From a virus (lineage: Duplodnaviria > Caudoviricetes): DNA of 27,166 nt. Within the stretch, counting starts at the first letter, position 1, and each line of letters starts with the position of its first letter. The position numbers were made by a program, and so were the translations under genes. The notes beneath the pieces are model-generated. The model did no database searches. It saw only the letters and a program-made list of their open reading frames with translations, and was not told where the DNA came from. Shown here in pieces: positions 24,241-27,166 of this stretch. The stretch is taken from positions 1 through 27,166 of the IMG/VR virus record IMGVR_UViG_3300002301_000053, one strand, 5' to 3'.

Positions 24241-27166
24241 AATATCTTTCATTCATTTTCTGGTTTCTACCAGTGGTAGCTTATGCCTATTCCCCTCCCC
24301 CCAATTGCACGACAAGCGGATATGGCCTCAATTATGCAACCGCTACGAATGCTTTTGGATGTGTAAGTCTTGGCGGAAGCGGCGGAACTATCACCCTCGG
24401 CACCTCCGCATCGGCGACGAACCCGCAGCGAAGCGGCGATGCGAAAACCGGACTTTATTCCGCAAATGCGGGCGAACTTGATTTTGGCGTCAATGTTTCC
24501 GGCACAGGAACTCAAGAAGGATATTTTACCTCATCCGGCCTGACGCTTGTAAATCCTCTGAGCGTGGCAAGTGGGGGAGATGCGCAGGTTGGTGGACTTA
24601 CATTCAATTCGACGGGCGCGGCTTCGGCAAACTCAACCGCCATCAACGCAGCACTCACTAATGGTGGAAGGGTGACTGTCGATTGCCCTACAGGGTCTAC
24701 GCTTTATATCGGCGCAACCCTTGTGATTCCTTCGTACTCATCGTTATACGTTTATCCGAATTGCAATCCTACAGCGGTGTCGGGCGTAGCACCGCTTGTC
24801 ACGAATAAGGCATCCCAAACATCATGGACAACGCTTTACGACAATAGCGGCGTCATTACGACTGGTCCTCTTTCCCTCATAAATCTTTCGAACGTCTCGG
24901 CATGGTCAAATAATAGCGGCTCCGGCACATCCTACACTAAAGGGACTTACGTTTCGGCGAATAGCAATCTTTATTGGGAGAGTGTTTCCTCCTGCACGGG
25001 AGCAACTTCTGGGACTGGTCCCAGCGGGACAGGATCTGGCATCACAGATGGAACATGCTCGTGGAATTATATCACTACTAACCCGTCAAATATATATAAC
25101 GGTCAAGGCGTTGTTGTTCATTATCCAAGCCATGGACTTTCTTTGGGGCAAGCGATCTGGCTTACTCCCGAAGGAGATGCAAGCCTAACCGGGAACTTCT
25201 GGTCTGGAACGCAGTCTGCTCATACTCGTGGTGGACCTGTTGATGCCGCTTACCTTGGCATATTTCCCATCATTAACGTCAACGACAGCAATTATGTGAC
25301 AGTCGTTCTGAGACGCAGCCAAGCGGCAGCCTTTACGGGCATTCCCATGCTTGTAAAACAAGCAGACCAGAATGTTTATCTGGGCGGAGGAGCTGTGTGG
25401 AACGGAAATTATCCGACGAATAGCACATGTTCGGCACCGGCTGTGTGTCATAACATATTGTTCGCAGGGGTGATGAACCTTGTCATCGATGGAGCTTACG
25501 CAGAGAACCAAAACAGGTTTGAATTTTTGATAGCTGGCGTTGAAAACGCAGATATAGGTCATATCGGTATCGGGCCGCTCGGCGCACCTTATGACGGAAT
25601 AAAATTCTATGGCCCCGATTTCGATGTACGCCTTCACGATGTCTTCGGAGCGTCAACCGATAGCTATAATACTGATGATTTTCTTTCGTTTAATACGGAA
25701 GAAGACAGTACGTATGGAACAAGCGTTATCGCGGCTGGCGATATTCTGAATGTTCAAACCACGAATGTCACCGCCTATGGCGGCCATGCAATTGCGCTTT
25801 ATCAGTCGCAACCTTACCTATTTATGGATGACCTCGATTTTTCTGGTGTGCAAGGAAATAATTTACAGTCCTATGTTCCGCTTTCGGTCATAAACGACGC
25901 TGGCTCTACATCGGGGCAGGGGGGTACGATTGGAACCTTAAAAGTCCACAATATGACGCTTCCGGGCAACTCGGCGGCGGCGGCGGTTATATACGTAAAC
26001 GCGGTCGGCCTGACTTTAAAACATCTCATCCTCGACAGCATAAACACGAGTCTTGTGGGGTCAAATCTTTACTTGGCAAACTTCACTGGGGGCACCATTG
26101 GCGGCGTAGAAGAGAGCAACAATACCGGCCTCTCTCAAGGAAAATTAAACCTTGTTGCCGGAGCCAGCATCGGCCAGATAAACTTCACCAACAATAACAT
26201 CAACTGCAATAATTGCCGCGTCATGGACGCTGAAAGCGGTACGCTATCAACGCTCAACATCGTAAACAATGAGTTTTCCAGCGGCGCAAGCAATCTTGTT
26301 TTGGACAAGATAGGTATCGATGTTTCTTTTGTTAACAACTATCTGCCTACCGCTACCTCTGCTTTCATCAATTTGCAGTCTAGCGACAGTATATATGCCG
26401 CGAATAATGTCGCGCCCAACAACACGGGCGGTCTAGCAGTTTCTACGGGGGCGATCACGTCCACCATAACATCGGGCGGCGGTAACGTGTTCTCCGGCAA
26501 TTCATGGTTCTCTGGAGCAGGGACGCAAGTGACGCAGGGGGTCATAAATAATGTACTCTATTCGTCTGGGGCTGATATAGGACTTTCAAGCACGAACGTC
26601 GATTATGTCCAGATTGCAGGTAGCGCAACCGGCTCTCCCGGAACTGTTACGATCTCGGCGCAAGGTACCGACAGCAATGTAAATATAGCTTTAACTCCAC
26701 TCGGAACCGGCATAACGACAACCGGGGCAAATTTCGAGGTTATAGGAGGTCAAAGCCTCGGGGTTGGCAACGGCGCGGCATGGTTCGCGCATTGCAGCAC
26801 AACGTCATCGAGCGTCTATTCCTGCGTAAATGACGCTGAATGGATTTCGGTTGGAACAACGTCGAATATCACGCTCTATGGCCCCGTGGCTGGCGCACAA
26901 GGCGCGGCAAACGCGGCAGGCACGGCCCTCAGCTTCACAGGCGGCGCTGGCGGCGCTACATCAGGTGCAGGGGGTGCGACTACTCTGGCGGGGGGCGCGG
27001 CTACGACTTCGGGCGCTGGCGGCAGCGTGACAATTACGGGTGGAGCGGCAGCGGGATCAGCTCAGAATGGCGGAAATGTGACAATAACGGGAGGTGCCGA
27101 TACTTCTGGAGGTACACAGGGAATCATAATTCTTGCGACACCGGGCGGCACTCAAGCTGAAATCAC
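24207..27166 (+). CDS. Large tailspike/depolymerase-like beta-helix protein with N-terminal signal peptide (3'-partial, >980 aa); not in ORF track
   Basis: Manual translation is open from ATG 24207 (or 24222) to the window end. Features in order: signal peptide MVTKSLKYLSFIFWFLPVVAYA, the pectin-lyase-like start NSTAINAALTNGGRVTV, GH28-like DGI/TDD/GH motifs, Asn-rich coils, the GTDSNVNIALTPLGTG fibre motif and Gly-rich repeats. Confidence 0.82.
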   Translation, partial: MEWFIMVTKSLKYLSFIFWFLPVVAYAYSPPPNCTTSGYGLNYATATNAFGCVSLGGSGGTITLGTSASATNPQRSGDAKTGLYSANAGELDFGVNVSGTGTQEGYFTSSGLTLVNPLSVASGGDAQVGGLTFNSTGAASANSTAINAALTNGGRVTVDCPTGSTLYIGATLVIPSYSSLYVYPNCNPTAVSGVAPLVTNKASQTSWTTLYDNSGVITTGPLSLINLSNVSAWSNNSGSGTSYTKGTYVSANSNLYWESVSSCTGATSGTGPSGTGSGITDGTCSWNYITTNPSNIYNGQGVVVHYPSHGLSLGQAIWLTPEGDASLTGNFWSGTQSAHTRGGPVDAAYLGIFPIINVNDSNYVTVVLRRSQAAAFTGIPMLVKQADQNVYLGGGAVWNGNYPTNSTCSAPAVCHNILFAGVMNLVIDGAYAENQNRFEFLIAGVENADIGHIGIGPLGAPYDGIKFYGPDFDVRLHDVFGASTDSYNTDDFLSFNTEEDSTYGTSVIAAGDILNVQTTNVTAYGGHAIALYQSQPYLFMDDLDFSGVQGNNLQSYVPLSVINDAGSTSGQGGTIGTLKVHNMTLPGNSAAAAVIYVNAVGLTLKHLILDSINTSLVGSNLYLANFTGGTIGGVEESNNTGLSQGKLNLVAGASIGQINFTNNNINCNNCRVMDAESGTLSTLNIVNNEFSSGASNLVLDKIGIDVSFVNNYLPTATSAFINLQSSDSIYAANNVAPNNTGGLAVSTGAITSTITSGGGNVFSGNSWFSGAGTQVTQGVINNVLYSSGADIGLSSTNVDYVQIAGSATGSPGTVTISAQGTDSNVNIALTPLGTGITTTGANFEVIGGQSLGVGNGAAWFAHCSTTSSSVYSCVNDAEWISVGTTSNITLYGPVAGAQGAANAAGTALSFTGGAGGATSGAGGATTLAGGAATTSGAGGSVTITGGAAAGSAQNGGNVTITGGADTSGGTQGIIILATPGGTQAEI
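26930..27110 (+). repeat. Gly-rich ~16 aa peptide repeats (GGxVTITGG-like) within the spike gene
   Basis: FTGGAGGATSGAGGATTLAGGAATTSGAGGSVTITGGAAAGSAQNGGNVTITGG. DNA repeat gtgacaat(t/a)acggg(t/a)gg. Confidence 0.6.

Larger units (their letters stand above)
1..27166. mobile_element. Tailed phage / prophage genome segment (podovirus-like morphogenesis operon plus divergent replication block)
   Basis: Co-oriented terminase, portal, scaffold, capsid, adaptor, nozzle, ejection/SLT and spike genes with frequent ATGA/TGATG/TAATG overlaps. No tape-measure or sheath gene and no host housekeeping genes. Confidence 0.95.

Noticed and set aside
24212-27160. Short track ORFs in this region (24212..24481, 24267..24515, 24982..25188, 25185..25637, 26135..26338, 26339..26545, 26830..27030, 26840..27160)
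   Set aside because: All are shadows of the single long + strand ORF starting at 24207/24222, which the track omitted because it has no stop within the window.

Overview
This window is a segment of a tailed dsDNA phage or prophage genome with podovirus-like (P22/N4-capsid-type) organisation. The host is probably an alphaproteobacterium, inferred from a GcrA-like HTH protein. Positions 1-3752 form a leftward early/replication block: a GcrA-like protein running off the left edge, an SF3/DUF5906-type helicase with a structured 5' leader, a candidate origin, a small XRE HTH protein and a truncated beta-clamp-like protein. Positions 3959-27166 form a rightward morphogenesis operon: terminase small and large subunits, portal, scaffold, major capsid, adaptor, glycosyltransferase, tail fibre, nozzle, GNAT, ejection proteins including an SLT, and a terminal accessory cassette. 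Four probable genes are missing from the supplied ORF track, and I translated them by hand: <1..572 (-), 10339..10479 (+), 22857..22994 (-) and 24207..>27166 (+). The last is the most striking. It is a >980 aa tailspike/depolymerase-like beta-helix protein with a classical Sec signal peptide and six local cysteine pairs, so it looks built for export to the periplasm rather than cytoplasmic assembly. I saw no integrase, lysis genes, tRNA, rRNA or CRISPR array. All functional calls come from motif recognition and synteny, not database searches.
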